A stretch of 64,000 bases of DNA from Candidatus Tenebribacter burtonii (GCA_030765625.1 JAVCCF010000142.1:12429-76428), one strand, 5' to 3'; shown: positions 9,096 to 19,664, counted from the first letter of the stretch. The notes: generated by a model from the letters alone, not told the origin. Translations and numbers: made by a program.

Positions 9096-10619
9096 TTATT
9101 TAAAAGCTTTTTTACTTCTTCTCGATTCATGATCATAAAGAATATCTCGCCAGTGAAATTTACGAATTCTCTTTAGATCATTTTTATGCACTAATTCAGG
9201 ATGCTGATTAAATTTGATTTTATCCATTTGAATATCCCCTTTTAATGAAATAATATATCCTTTTTTTGTTGATATTTTTATAAATACATTTTTAGAATCA
9301 TATTTAATAGAAAGCTTATCATCAAAATATTGAAATTCAGGCTTAAGTTTGTATCTCTCTTCCCACCATTTACTAAATTCTCTCATGTTCATATTGCTAA
9401 AATTATTGGAATTCACATATTGAAAGATCTTATCGAAGATATCAAAATGCTTATGATGTGGATGATGATAAATAATGACCGGTTCTCCAATTTTAACCAT
9501 CCGTTTTATTAAATCTATGTAATATTGTAGCATTTCATTTTCATTAAAATGGGAACGACGTAATCTTCCTAAACTGATAGGATGAATTGGAATTTGCATT
9601 ACTTTTGAGAAATGATTATTACAATATGGATAGAATGGAAGATCATCATAATCAAGAGCAAATTCGGAAGAATATGTTAGCTCCATCTTTTGCAAAGCGT
9701 TATCTAAAGAACAGTTCCAATCTCCAAAAGGAGCAGCAAATCCAGTTGCACTAATTCCCCATTGTTTCAACTTTTCATCAGCTTTTAAAATGTTGTTATA
9801 ATTATCATCAAAGTTATCATAAAGATAATGTTTATCGCAATGAATTGCCATTTCTTGATTGCCTAATGTTGCATAATTATTCAATTTATCTTCTGATTCA
9901 GTATCCAAAAACCAGGTTGCGGAAATATCATTTTTCTTACAAATTTCATACATTTCATCCGCATCTTTTTTGGAACAAAAATCTGTATCAAGTCGGAAGA
10001 TAAATAAATTCTTATCAATATAAGGTTGATGCCATAAATGAACAAAAGGTAGATCTCTTTTATGATGCAGATATTCTAGAGATAATTCTACGATCTTTCT
10101 TAATTTCCCTTTAGATACCTCTGATACGATCTCAGATGGAAGTTCTTTTCTGTATGCAAAAAATTTCTTTCTTCTTGAATTACTATTCAAGATAAATTCA
10201 TTAATGTTAAAAGGTAGAATTAAATTCACTCCATGTTCAATTGAAGAGATACTTAATCCTGAATCAATAGTTATAATGTCTTTTGAATTCGGGATTTTGA
10301 TTGTTGAGTAAATATCGACTAATCCAATTTGAGAAAAGGAAGTGTTCTGCTTTGAACATAAGAATTGAACTTTTTTAAATTTGTAAAATACATTATTAAC
10401 AACAGCATTATCAGAATAAAGTACTGCTCCACCAGCATTCAGAAATTTTTCAATTATTTTATTTTCCTCGAATGTATGTGGTTCGGTGATAATGATAACA
10501 GAGTATTCTTCAGGAGAAATATTATTTGAGAGCGAGAACTGGGAAAAACTAACACCAATCTGCTTTAAAATAATCTCCCATCCGGGTTTATAATTATCAA
10601 TTCCAATCTTCAGATTCAT
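9096..10619 (-). CDS. Polysaccharide deacetylase-like (CE4/NodB-fold) protein with uncharacterised N-terminal domain
   Basis: FRLDTDF...ATWFLD, AIHCDKH and GFAAPFGDW...YSSEFALDYDDLPFYPY patterns resemble CE4-family proteins. The tail motif FSKWWEERY is shared with the 17410-19122 product. Confidence 0.45.
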   Translation of the reverse strand: MNLKIGIDNYKPGWEIILKQIGVSFSQFSLSNNISPEEYSVIIITEPHTFEENKIIEKFLNAGGAVLYSDNAVVNNVFYKFKKVQFLCSKQNTSFSQIGLVDIYSTIKIPNSKDIITIDSGLSISSIEHGVNLILPFNINEFILNSNSRRKKFFAYRKELPSEIVSEVSKGKLRKIVELSLEYLHHKRDLPFVHLWHQPYIDKNLFIFRLDTDFCSKKDADEMYEICKKNDISATWFLDTESEDKLNNYATLGNQEMAIHCDKHYLYDNFDDNYNNILKADEKLKQWGISATGFAAPFGDWNCSLDNALQKMELTYSSEFALDYDDLPFYPYCNNHFSKVMQIPIHPISLGRLRRSHFNENEMLQYYIDLIKRMVKIGEPVIIYHHPHHKHFDIFDKIFQYVNSNNFSNMNMREFSKWWEERYKLKPEFQYFDDKLSIKYDSKNVFIKISTKKGYIISLKGDIQMDKIKFNQHPELVHKNDLKRIRKFHWRDILYDHESRRSKKAFK

Positions 10620-11605
10620 CTAAAAGACTCAATAATTTTCCTAAGTTGTTCTTCTCTATTTTTCAGCGAGAAATTATTTAAAATATGTTTTCTGAATTGT
10701 TCTCTATTATCTGTATTTAACGCCTCTTTAATCGCTTTAGTTGTTTTTGCCGGGTCATTAAAAGGAACATATAATGCTGATTTTCCAGCAACTTCCGGCA
10801 AAGCTCCTCTTTTGGTAACTACGGGAATACATTCACACAACATCGCCTCTGCCAGTGAAATCCCAAACCCTTCATGCGCCGATACCTGCACATATACTTT
10901 AGCTTCCTGCATATATCTCAATAACTCTTCATCATTTACATAGCCTGTAAATGTAACATTATCTGAAGCAATTGATCTTAGATATTCACTGGATTCATCA
11001 TAATGCTTCCCAATCAAAATGAATTCCACATCCGTAAATAATGCTGCACTCTTCACAAAAGTTTCCAAACCCTTTCGTTGCAAATTCTCTTTAGTAACAT
11101 TTCCAATTGTAATAACAATGCTCTTCTTATCTCCCTGAGGATTGAACAAATCAGTGTTAACACCATTATAAACCAGTTTTAATTGTTTGGTTGAGAAATT
11201 ATTTTCAATCTCTTTTTTATTCGATTCGGAGACGGCAAGTGTAAGATCAACATTGCGAAGTATATACCTTACTTTCTTTACATTTTTAGGCTTCAGCATT
11301 CCACCATATTCAATTTCAGGTACATTTGCTACTTCATATCCCCCTACTACAACAATGCACTTCTTATGTAATAAATGAGAAAAGAAAACAGCAAGATAAG
11401 CTGGAAGCTCTGCAAACCAACAATAAATGATATCATTTTTACAAATTCCAATGAAAATTCTCAAAACTAATGAAATCATATTAAGAATATTTTTATGTTT
11501 TGGAATTGGAATTGAATTCGCATCTGAGAATTTTCCCAGTATATTCCTGTCATTTCGTACAAAAGATGAGTTATAGGCTGAAAGAAATAATATTTTTTTC
11601 TTCAT
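10616..11605 (-). CDS. Glycosyltransferase family 4
   Basis: VSAHEGFGISLAEAMLCECIPVVTKRGALPEV (E-x7-E). 4-nt overlap with neighbouring genes. Confidence 0.8.
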   Translation of the reverse strand: MKKKILFLSAYNSSFVRNDRNILGKFSDANSIPIPKHKNILNMISLVLRIFIGICKNDIIYCWFAELPAYLAVFFSHLLHKKCIVVVGGYEVANVPEIEYGGMLKPKNVKKVRYILRNVDLTLAVSESNKKEIENNFSTKQLKLVYNGVNTDLFNPQGDKKSIVITIGNVTKENLQRKGLETFVKSAALFTDVEFILIGKHYDESSEYLRSIASDNVTFTGYVNDEELLRYMQEAKVYVQVSAHEGFGISLAEAMLCECIPVVTKRGALPEVAGKSALYVPFNDPAKTTKAIKEALNTDNREQFRKHILNNFSLKNREEQLRKIIESFR

Positions 11606-11611
11606 CTTTGA

Positions 11612-14011
11612 TCATCTAACGAGAACTATCTTTCCTTTTGATATTTGCCCTTCTGATGCTGAGATTACATAAAAATATATTCCGGAACCGCATTTTTTAC
11701 CAGTCTTATTCAATCCATCCCAACTGAATTGCTCGTATATATCTTTCTCAATTTCCATTACGAGATCACCATTTAAATCAAATATTCTACAATAAGTATC
11801 ACCTTTGGGCATTGTGATCGAGCCTTTGTTCTCAATTCTTATAATATCATCTTTTTCAGGATAGAAAGGATTAGGGAATACAATCGTTTCAAAAAGTTCT
11901 GTTTCTTCATTCATCTCAGCCGAAATCCCAATCTCTACAGAATTCATCCCAGAATTTGTTCCTATGTATAAAGTACCTGTTATGGGTTCGTAAGCAAAAT
12001 CTGTAATTGTATTGGAGATAAGTGGAGTATTATCAGTAGTAAGATTTATAAATTTGTCTCTGCTTGTATCAAAGATTGTGATCCCTGCATCTTGAGTTCC
12101 GATCCAGATCATACCAAAAGGGTCGATAAAAAGAGCTGTGGGATAAGTTGATATTGATCCATAAAGTCTTTCTTGACCTTCATAATACCAGTACTCCGGA
12201 TCAGGATTACCCTCATTCCAAAACCAATCGTTACCATCCCATACTTTCTTTTTGATATTGGTTCCGTATTTATACCAATATTCTCCATTATACATGAATA
12301 AACCCGCAGAAGATGCAATCCAAGTTTCTTCAATTCCATTAATATTTTTTGCATTTATTCCAAAAACCATACATGAAGAAGAAAGGTCACTAAATGGAGG
12401 AACTGTCCAGTAATTATGAAGTGAATCTGGGATTGAAAAGTTCTCCCAGATACGTAATCCATTAAAGAATGACCCCAAACAAGTTCTATTCCCTGAATAA
12501 TGAGAGATTATTATTTTTTGCTGCTCATCATCTGGTATGGTAAATCTGGAGATCATGTTTGCATCTTCATCAAGTACAGAAACTCCACCATCATATGAAC
12601 ATACCCACATTCTGTTCTCACTATCTTTTGCAATATGAGAAATAGTATTGGTATAAATATTACTTGAATATGCCGTTATCCAACTCCATACAGGTAATTC
12701 TGAATCATCCAATACAGAGATACCGGATGCCCATCCAGTTACAGAACTATCAGTTGCCCATGCACCAAACCACTTTCTATTTAATGCATCTACACCAATG
12801 GACATTATGTTATCACTTTTAAGTTCGCTATTTAAGTAATCGTAATTAGTCCAATGCGAACCATCAAATCCGGAAACACCCCGTGTACCCTTATTTATCA
12901 TTCCATCACCAAAATGACCGTTACATACCCATACCTTTGAATTCTGATCTATCTCAATATCAGTAACAACATTTGCACAAATACTATTTGTTTTAGCATT
13001 CTCCCAGATTGTTCCATCAAAAAGGAATATTCCTTCCCCCCATGTAAATATTGACACATATCCGTTAATTTCTTTAAATCCTTTAATCTTAGATGTAGTT
13101 AATCCATTCTCATTTTTATTCCATGTTTCCACTTCGTTATCCACAGATATTCTTGTAATAGCTATGTCCATAGTATCAGTAAGGATAAGTATTTCCAAAT
13201 CCCAAATACCATAACTATACCATAAATTTAATTGATCATCAACAAAGACTGGATAAATTGCATGACCTTCATCAATTATACTTATTTGAGTAGGATCAAA
13301 TATTTTTTCTGTAAGAAAAACACCGTTATCGGTTCCAATCGCTATTTTTTCACCCGATATTGATATTGAAGTTACATTGTTACTTGGTAATAAAGAGTTA
13401 TCAGTATTCAAGTGGTGCCATGAAGTAATTACATCTAAAGAATCAATGTGGACATAATCAAATCCAGCAATACTTCCAAAGAATATATTCCCTTCTGGAG
13501 TTAATTGCATTGATGTAATATCATTAGCAGAAATACCATTCTCCATATTATAGTTATTTAATAATAATGGAAATGGAAAATCAGGATCATCTTTAAAACA
13601 GCTTACACCAAATCTTGTAGCCACGAATATGAGAGAATCATTGTGTGCTATTTTGTTAATTATATCCGATTGTAAACCTAACGTCTCTGTAAGCGGAATC
13701 AAGAAACCGCTTTCATCAATTCTATTAATACCATTTCCTGCAGTTCCAACCAATATTTGATCCATACCTTCCAAATAATCAAGTGCTCTAATATCATTAC
13801 TGCCCAGTCCATTGATTGTAGTTAGAGTTTCTCCAAATAAATTGTTATTAAGATCATAATTTAAAAGTCCACCCCAAGTGGCAATATGCAATTCATTTCC
13901 AGTTTCAATTATATCAAAAATATGAGTAGTATTTGTATAAACTTTCCAGTTTTTGAGGGCGAATAAACCTGTCGCGATCACGATCATAATGATAATTAGA
14001 TATTTTTTCAT
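11612..14011 (-). CDS. Secreted beta-propeller protein (two-component-regulator-propeller-type repeats) with FlgD-Ig/T9SS-type C-terminal sorting domain
   Basis: Signal peptide MKKYLIIIMIVIATGLFA. Repeated G-L-x-x-N/D-x-I...W-x-G-T motifs. C-terminus VFPNPFYP...IFDLNGDLV...WDGLNKTGKKCGSGIYFYV...GKIVLVR. Confidence 0.7.
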   Translation of the reverse strand: MKKYLIIIMIVIATGLFALKNWKVYTNTTHIFDIIETGNELHIATWGGLLNYDLNNNLFGETLTTINGLGSNDIRALDYLEGMDQILVGTAGNGINRIDESGFLIPLTETLGLQSDIINKIAHNDSLIFVATRFGVSCFKDDPDFPFPLLLNNYNMENGISANDITSMQLTPEGNIFFGSIAGFDYVHIDSLDVITSWHHLNTDNSLLPSNNVTSISISGEKIAIGTDNGVFLTEKIFDPTQISIIDEGHAIYPVFVDDQLNLWYSYGIWDLEILILTDTMDIAITRISVDNEVETWNKNENGLTTSKIKGFKEINGYVSIFTWGEGIFLFDGTIWENAKTNSICANVVTDIEIDQNSKVWVCNGHFGDGMINKGTRGVSGFDGSHWTNYDYLNSELKSDNIMSIGVDALNRKWFGAWATDSSVTGWASGISVLDDSELPVWSWITAYSSNIYTNTISHIAKDSENRMWVCSYDGGVSVLDEDANMISRFTIPDDEQQKIIISHYSGNRTCLGSFFNGLRIWENFSIPDSLHNYWTVPPFSDLSSSCMVFGINAKNINGIEETWIASSAGLFMYNGEYWYKYGTNIKKKVWDGNDWFWNEGNPDPEYWYYEGQERLYGSISTYPTALFIDPFGMIWIGTQDAGITIFDTSRDKFINLTTDNTPLISNTITDFAYEPITGTLYIGTNSGMNSVEIGISAEMNEETELFETIVFPNPFYPEKDDIIRIENKGSITMPKGDTYCRIFDLNGDLVMEIEKDIYEQFSWDGLNKTGKKCGSGIYFYVISASEGQISKGKIVLVR

Positions 14012-15042
14012 TTTTTAAATTCCTTTTTGAAAATATTATAGACAACAATGATCAAGACAAATAATAGAAATAGTAAGATAGAGAGTAGTACTTTTTTTGA
14101 TGAAAATGAGAAACCAAAGGCGATGAGACCAAACAGTAATGTGATAAAGTAACAGATCAGTGCAATATTTTTTTGTGATAGACCAATCTCATGCAGCTTG
14201 TGATGAATATGTTCTTTATCGGCTTGAAAAATATTTTTCTTCTTATTAACACGTCGAAAGATGGCAAATGCTGTATCCATAATCGGAATAGCCAAGGCAA
14301 TAATTGGAACGAGAAGTGTCATTGAGGTAATACCTTTGAATTCACCTTTTCCAATTATAGAAATTGCTGCAATATTGAACCCAAGAAAAAGGCTTCCCGT
14401 ATCACCCATGAAGATTTTTGCAGGAAAGAAATTATACTTAAGAAAAGCCAGATTTGCTCCTATCAATGTTAAGGATGAAAATATAATAATTGTATTAGAT
14501 TTCAAAAACCCAACTGCCAATAAAACAGTAGCCACAATTAATGCAATCCCAGATGCTAAACCATCCAGTCCATCAGTAAGATTAAATGCATTTACAACTA
14601 ACAAAAACCATAATATTGTTACAGGGAAAGAAAAATAACCTAATATAATTGTTTTCCCAAATGGATTTGTTAATAGTTGAATATTGAAACCTGCAAAATA
14701 TATAATAGTAATTATTACTATTTGGAAAATTAATTTGTATTTAGCTTTTAAATTAATTTTGTCATCAAGAAAACCCAACATTAACATCAATAAACTGCCC
14801 AATGATAAATATAGTATTTGATAACCTAATTCGGGAAAGACAAAATAAATCAGAAGTTGAATAAGAATTACTGGTATCCCGAATGACAACCCACCCGTTA
14901 TGGGAGTGGTTATAGTATGTATTTTCCGTTGTTGTGGGTAATCAACCAAGTTCCATTTTTTAGATATCCTAATATTTAAAGGAACTAATAAATAAGTCAT
15001 TATAAACGAGATCAATAAAACTATTATGTAATAAATATTCAT
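14008..15042 (-). CDS. Polyprenyl-phosphate HexNAc-1-phosphate transferase (WecA/MraY family)
   Basis: NAFNLTDGLDGLASG and FMGDTGSLFLGF motifs. About 10-11 TM helices. Confidence 0.85.
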   Translation of the reverse strand: MNIYYIIVLLISFIMTYLLVPLNIRISKKWNLVDYPQQRKIHTITTPITGGLSFGIPVILIQLLIYFVFPELGYQILYLSLGSLLMLMLGFLDDKINLKAKYKLIFQIVIITIIYFAGFNIQLLTNPFGKTIILGYFSFPVTILWFLLVVNAFNLTDGLDGLASGIALIVATVLLAVGFLKSNTIIIFSSLTLIGANLAFLKYNFFPAKIFMGDTGSLFLGFNIAAISIIGKGEFKGITSMTLLVPIIALAIPIMDTAFAIFRRVNKKKNIFQADKEHIHHKLHEIGLSQKNIALICYFITLLFGLIAFGFSFSSKKVLLSILLFLLFVLIIVVYNIFKKEFKK

Positions 15043-15044
15043 TC

Positions 15045-16154
15045 TTAATTAAATTCCTGATCATAAACATTTTTATATTTTCTAATAAAATCCATAAGAT
15101 CAAATTTCTCTTTTATCAATTTGCGGGAATTTTCTCCCATCTTTATAAGCCTTTCCTTCTCATCGGGAAGAGATAATAAAACCGCTGTTAATCTGTCAAT
15201 ATCATTAATTGGGACTAAAATACCATTAGCATCAGATACTAACTCATTATTCCCTTTAATATTGGAAGCTACAATAGGTAATCCAAAAGACATGGCTTCT
15301 AAAATCGAAAGTGGTAATCCTTCCCATTTTGAATAAAGCAAAAACACATCAAATTTTTGCAACCATTCGGTTACATTATTTTGCCAACCAAGTATATGAA
15401 TTCTGTCTTTAAAACCTGAATCATGAACAATTTTTTCAGCAACTTTATAAAGTTCACCATCTCCAATAAAAATAAAATGAATATTCTCATTCTTCTTACA
15501 AACCTGTATAGCAGCTTTGATCGTATCAATAATATTCTTTTGTTTCCAGAACCTTAAACAACTACCAATTATAAGTTTATCACTCTTTTCTTTATTATGT
15601 AATCTCATCATAGGAAGTTCAATTCCATTATAGATAGTTATTGCCTTTTCTGGTTGAATAAGATGATCTGCAATAGCTGCTTCTCTTTCGTAATTATTCA
15701 CAAATACTATCTTATCACAAAAGTTAGCAGCAAATTTTTCCATGGATTTATACAAATGAAATATCAACTTACTTTGGTAAGGATGAAAAGGAAATCCATG
15801 AACTGTATGAACTATCATTGAAATTCCTGCTAATCGCGCAGCAATCCTACCAAGGAAACCGGTTTTGGATGAGTGTGTGTGTACAATATCAAATTTGTGT
15901 TTCCGGAATATTAAGAAAAGATTAATGAATGCCAATCCATCAAGAAATGATAGGTCCCTATGTAATGATGGGACAGGAATGTAATTATATCCTAACTTTT
16001 TAACTTTCTCTACCAAAGGTCCACCTGGTTTAGATATAACATAAATATCATATTTATCCTTATCCAATGAGTTCAAAATGGTTAACATTACATTTTGTAC
16101 TCCTGACAAAAGTGGTAATAATTGTATGTGCACTATCTTAATCTTCTTCATCAA
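15045..16154 (-). CDS. Glycosyltransferase family 4
   Basis: HTHSSKTGFLGR N-domain and SKWEGLPLSILEAMSFGLPIVASNIKGNNELV E-x7-E region. Confidence 0.8.
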   Translation of the reverse strand: MMKKIKIVHIQLLPLLSGVQNVMLTILNSLDKDKYDIYVISKPGGPLVEKVKKLGYNYIPVPSLHRDLSFLDGLAFINLFLIFRKHKFDIVHTHSSKTGFLGRIAARLAGISMIVHTVHGFPFHPYQSKLIFHLYKSMEKFAANFCDKIVFVNNYEREAAIADHLIQPEKAITIYNGIELPMMRLHNKEKSDKLIIGSCLRFWKQKNIIDTIKAAIQVCKKNENIHFIFIGDGELYKVAEKIVHDSGFKDRIHILGWQNNVTEWLQKFDVFLLYSKWEGLPLSILEAMSFGLPIVASNIKGNNELVSDANGILVPINDIDRLTAVLLSLPDEKERLIKMGENSRKLIKEKFDLMDFIRKYKNVYDQEFN

Positions 16155-17413
16155 TCGGTTAACCTGTCTTCAACAAAATTAAGGAATTCTTTTGTTTGGT
16201 TCTCTCTACTGTATTTATAATTAATCTTAAGCTTTTTATTTTTATTATTAAGAACGTCTATCAGCTTCAAGAAATTCTTCGCGATCATCTCAACATCTTC
16301 CATTTTACAGATCAGAGCATGCAAATTTTGTCTTAGAATTTTTGTCGCTTCTCCTTCAGGAGGTACCATGGCAAGAATCTCTTTCCCACTTCGTAAATAT
16401 TCAAATACTTTCCCTGTTAGCACACCCTCCCCTTTATATGATGCAATAAAGAAAAGTAATGCATCACAGTTCATGAGAGATTTAATAGCTTCTTTATGCT
16501 CAATTTGAGTATTTATCTTTATGAAATGAGCTACTTTAGAATTTACAATATGATTTATTGTTTCAGCATAATAATTACCTGTGAATTCAATAAGAATATC
16601 ATCTGGAAGTTGATTACGTGATTGTAATAATTCCATTGCTTCAATGAAAAATTTTGGTGTACGATTCCCATAGAAATTTCCAATATATTTAATGGTCAAT
16701 TTTTCACTTTTATTAATAACTAAATTGGAGAAATCATCTGTATCCCAACCATTATAAATAACTTTAATCTTGTTTCTTATGTCCTCACCAAATTCACAGA
16801 TAAGATCATTTTTCATTGCTTTGCTTACCACTGTTATCACTGAAGCAGATTGAAGGATTATATTTTCCCATTTTACCGAATGCTTTTTATGAAATGTAGA
16901 AAAAAATGTGATGTATGGATTCAGAGTCCAATGATCACGGTAATCAATTATAAGAGGAAGTTTATTCCTTTTTGCCAGTTTATATGCTGCAATACCACTT
17001 GTGTATGGTCCTATTGTTGCCATGATAGCATCATATTTATTTTTTTTTAAGAGTTTCTTTCCTGCATTCATCACAAAAGGCAACCAGCCAATTTTTTCAT
17101 CGATCGGAAAGATATTCCTTATAATTTTTTTATATTTTTCAGGCGTTTTGAAATAAACAGATTTATTAGTTTTTGGTTTGGATATCTTCACTAAGATCGA
17201 CATAAGATCAAAAGAAGATGTTCGAATGATCTTATGAGCTTTATCTTCCTTTAATAATTCATTATCTGTTGAATGAAAAACTATATTTTTCACGGTAATA
17301 ACATCTGTAGAGACATCTAGTTTATTGAGGTATTTAACTAATTTTGCAGGACGTTGAACACCAGGACCACCCAGTGGTGGATAGAAATAAGCGATTAATA
17401 ATAATCTTTTCAT
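16151..17413 (-). CDS. Glycosyltransferase, GT-B fold (GT4-like)
   Basis: N-terminus LLLIAYFYPPLGGPGVQRPAKLVKYL is typical of GT4-like enzymes. C-terminal GKVFEYLRSGKEILAMVP region. Confidence 0.65.
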   Translation of the reverse strand: MKRLLLIAYFYPPLGGPGVQRPAKLVKYLNKLDVSTDVITVKNIVFHSTDNELLKEDKAHKIIRTSSFDLMSILVKISKPKTNKSVYFKTPEKYKKIIRNIFPIDEKIGWLPFVMNAGKKLLKKNKYDAIMATIGPYTSGIAAYKLAKRNKLPLIIDYRDHWTLNPYITFFSTFHKKHSVKWENIILQSASVITVVSKAMKNDLICEFGEDIRNKIKVIYNGWDTDDFSNLVINKSEKLTIKYIGNFYGNRTPKFFIEAMELLQSRNQLPDDILIEFTGNYYAETINHIVNSKVAHFIKINTQIEHKEAIKSLMNCDALLFFIASYKGEGVLTGKVFEYLRSGKEILAMVPPEGEATKILRQNLHALICKMEDVEMIAKNFLKLIDVLNNKNKKLKINYKYSRENQTKEFLNFVEDRLTD

Positions 17414-19122
17414 TCCTCTTCCTCAGATTCTGTTTTATGTTTAAGAACAACTTCAATTTTAGAATCCAATTTGATGTTAGAAAAATGGATACTGTTCCCT
17501 TCGATTTCAGCTTTAACATGATTAACCTGAATAATATCGTAATTACCAAGAACATTAATTGTAAATTTCTCAGTTTGGGAAGGAAAATAGAGATAAAATC
17601 TATCTTCACTTTCAAATATCTCAATACTTTCCCTTTTCTTCCACCACTGTGCAATCTGCATTAAGGTAGCAATAAAAACATTTTTCGATCTAATCTCTTC
17701 TATTGTATAATTAAGAAGTTGTTTGTTATAATAAATCTCATCAAAGTTTGAGATAGAATAATTGAACGAAATAAATCCGTTAACAGATTTAATCGATTCG
17801 ATTAGATGATCTACTACCTCTTGTGCATTCTCATAAGAAATTGTACTTGATTTCGAAAGTTTTAAATGATCATCAAAGAATACGATTGGTAATTCCAAAG
17901 AATGCCATCCAAAGCTACTATTTAAATCCTTACTATGTGAACCATATTGATAAAATGGAAATCCTAAACCATTGCGGAAACCATTTTTATGGTGAAAGCC
18001 AATTGAGGAATTATATGTAAATCCATTTTTCTTATGAGATTCATGTGTAATTCTTGGATCGTAACTAAAATGGTTATGCCGTATTCCCATAAACTCATTA
18101 TTGCTTATTTTTGATAATCTATTTTTCTGTTTATGTAGTATATCCTGCTTACCAGAATTTACAGAAGCAAACAAAGCGATCTCATTCCCTTTTACATGGT
18201 TATTCATAATCTCTTTCTGCACATCACTGCTCTGGACTGAATAATCAATATCTTTATTTGTATTCGATTCTGTTCCAAAGAAAAAAGTACTATTTAACTG
18301 GTACTTACTCTCTATCTGGTCTATCACATCAAAGTTCCAATATTCTTCTATATTCGTTAAAAGATATTTCATTTTACTTAAAAAATTATTAAAAATATAT
18401 TTAATTTTATAGAAGATCAGAATATCTTCAAATGTATTACTGATCATTCTTCCCAAAGACCATTTCTGCAATTTATCAATATTATAAGAAAAAGAAGCAG
18501 CAAAAACTTCAGCAGAAGGCCAGTAAGCTTTCTTAACTAAGAAAGTGGAACCATTTCTTTGTAATGAATCTTTAATGCACCTCTCTATTAACCAAAGCAA
18601 CATGTTTACATATGGTTCCTGATGAAACTCTAAAAATGGGACATCCTCATCTGAGAGCCAGCCATGATCGTCTCTTTTCACACCCTCGATTCCAATTGAA
18701 GATTCCAGATTGAATAGAATATTTCCAACAATATCAAATTTATAGATACCGTAGAACAGGTCATTTTTATGATAATAGTGAATTGGCACTTTGATCTCTT
18801 TATTAGAGATTACAGGTACTTTACGTTTTAATTTGATTACTTCGGTTTTCTCTTTGATCTTTTCGAGCGTTAGATTATTCGGTTGTAGCAATTCTGTTAA
18901 AACAGGTATGAAAAATAATATCTTATCCATAGCGAGTATGTAGGCTTCTTCAATTGTAGGTTTTATTAATCCGTAGTAGAATAGTATATCATTTCCCTGC
19001 AATTGATCTAATTTATGAATATATTTGAATTCATATCCAAGAGTGTTGAAAATAAAGTCAAAAGTGAATTTAATCTTGTTTTCAAATCTTTTTAACTTAC
19101 TATCTACGTATATTGCTATCAT
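17410..19122 (-). CDS. Polysaccharide deacetylase-like protein, paralog of the 9096-10619 product; first gene of the operon
   Basis: GIRHNHFSYDP...GFTYNSSIGFHHKNGFRNGLGFPFYQY pattern resembles CE4-type proteins. The tail motif IAQWWKKRE parallels FSKWWEERY in the paralog. Confidence 0.4.
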   Translation of the reverse strand: MIAIYVDSKLKRFENKIKFTFDFIFNTLGYEFKYIHKLDQLQGNDILFYYGLIKPTIEEAYILAMDKILFFIPVLTELLQPNNLTLEKIKEKTEVIKLKRKVPVISNKEIKVPIHYYHKNDLFYGIYKFDIVGNILFNLESSIGIEGVKRDDHGWLSDEDVPFLEFHQEPYVNMLLWLIERCIKDSLQRNGSTFLVKKAYWPSAEVFAASFSYNIDKLQKWSLGRMISNTFEDILIFYKIKYIFNNFLSKMKYLLTNIEEYWNFDVIDQIESKYQLNSTFFFGTESNTNKDIDYSVQSSDVQKEIMNNHVKGNEIALFASVNSGKQDILHKQKNRLSKISNNEFMGIRHNHFSYDPRITHESHKKNGFTYNSSIGFHHKNGFRNGLGFPFYQYGSHSKDLNSSFGWHSLELPIVFFDDHLKLSKSSTISYENAQEVVDHLIESIKSVNGFISFNYSISNFDEIYYNKQLLNYTIEEIRSKNVFIATLMQIAQWWKKRESIEIFESEDRFYLYFPSQTEKFTINVLGNYDIIQVNHVKAEIEGNSIHFSNIKLDSKIEVVLKHKTESEEEE

Positions 19123-19232
19123 CCAACCTCTTGAGTTCTAACTATTTATTTTTTAGAATATTCAGATAGAAGATTTTGTATTATTCTGTCAACTTGCATA
19201 TTCTGTAATATTATTGAAACAAACATTAGTTA

Positions 19233-19664
19233 TTATAACTTAAATAAGTTAAGCCCTGTATTTTCATCAAAAGATCTTTCTAATTTTCCATTTAATTCTT
19301 CAAGAATAACTTCACAGGTTGCACTTACAATAGCTGTATTTAAGTGTCCGCCAAAAGCATTATACTCATTGTTAGAAAGCGTTATGTGCATATGCAGGTA
19401 TGGTTGATCTTTGTTCGAAGAAATATTTCCTGTTATTGATAAAATTTCAAAAGCACCTTTTAATGTTTTTGAATGATACTCCTGTTTTATTGAATCAAAT
19501 AAGCCAATATCAACTTCATTAACTGCACCGATTGCAGATATCTTTCCTGATTTAATTGCTCTTTCATTACAGAATCGGGTAAGAATATTCACAATCTCTT
19601 CTCCCTTATCAATACGGATAATATACCTATTCCCAATCTTCTTTGATTCCACAAATAACTCCAT
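19233..19664 (-). CDS. PPC-domain (DUF296) protein
   Basis: 143 aa. RIDKGEEIV...ISAIGAV...GNIS...PYLHMHITLS...GGHL pattern is typical of DUF296/PCC. Confidence 0.7.
   Translation of the reverse strand: MELFVESKKIGNRYIIRIDKGEEIVNILTRFCNERAIKSGKISAIGAVNEVDIGLFDSIKQEYHSKTLKGAFEILSITGNISSNKDQPYLHMHITLSNNEYNAFGGHLNTAIVSATCEVILEELNGKLERSFDENTGLNLFKL

Noticed and set aside
17334-17664. Paired 106-aa ORFs on both strands at the junction of the GT gene and the first operon gene.
   Set aside because: Both overlap well-supported genes (16151-17413 and 17410-19122). Their sequences are low-complexity and have no motifs.
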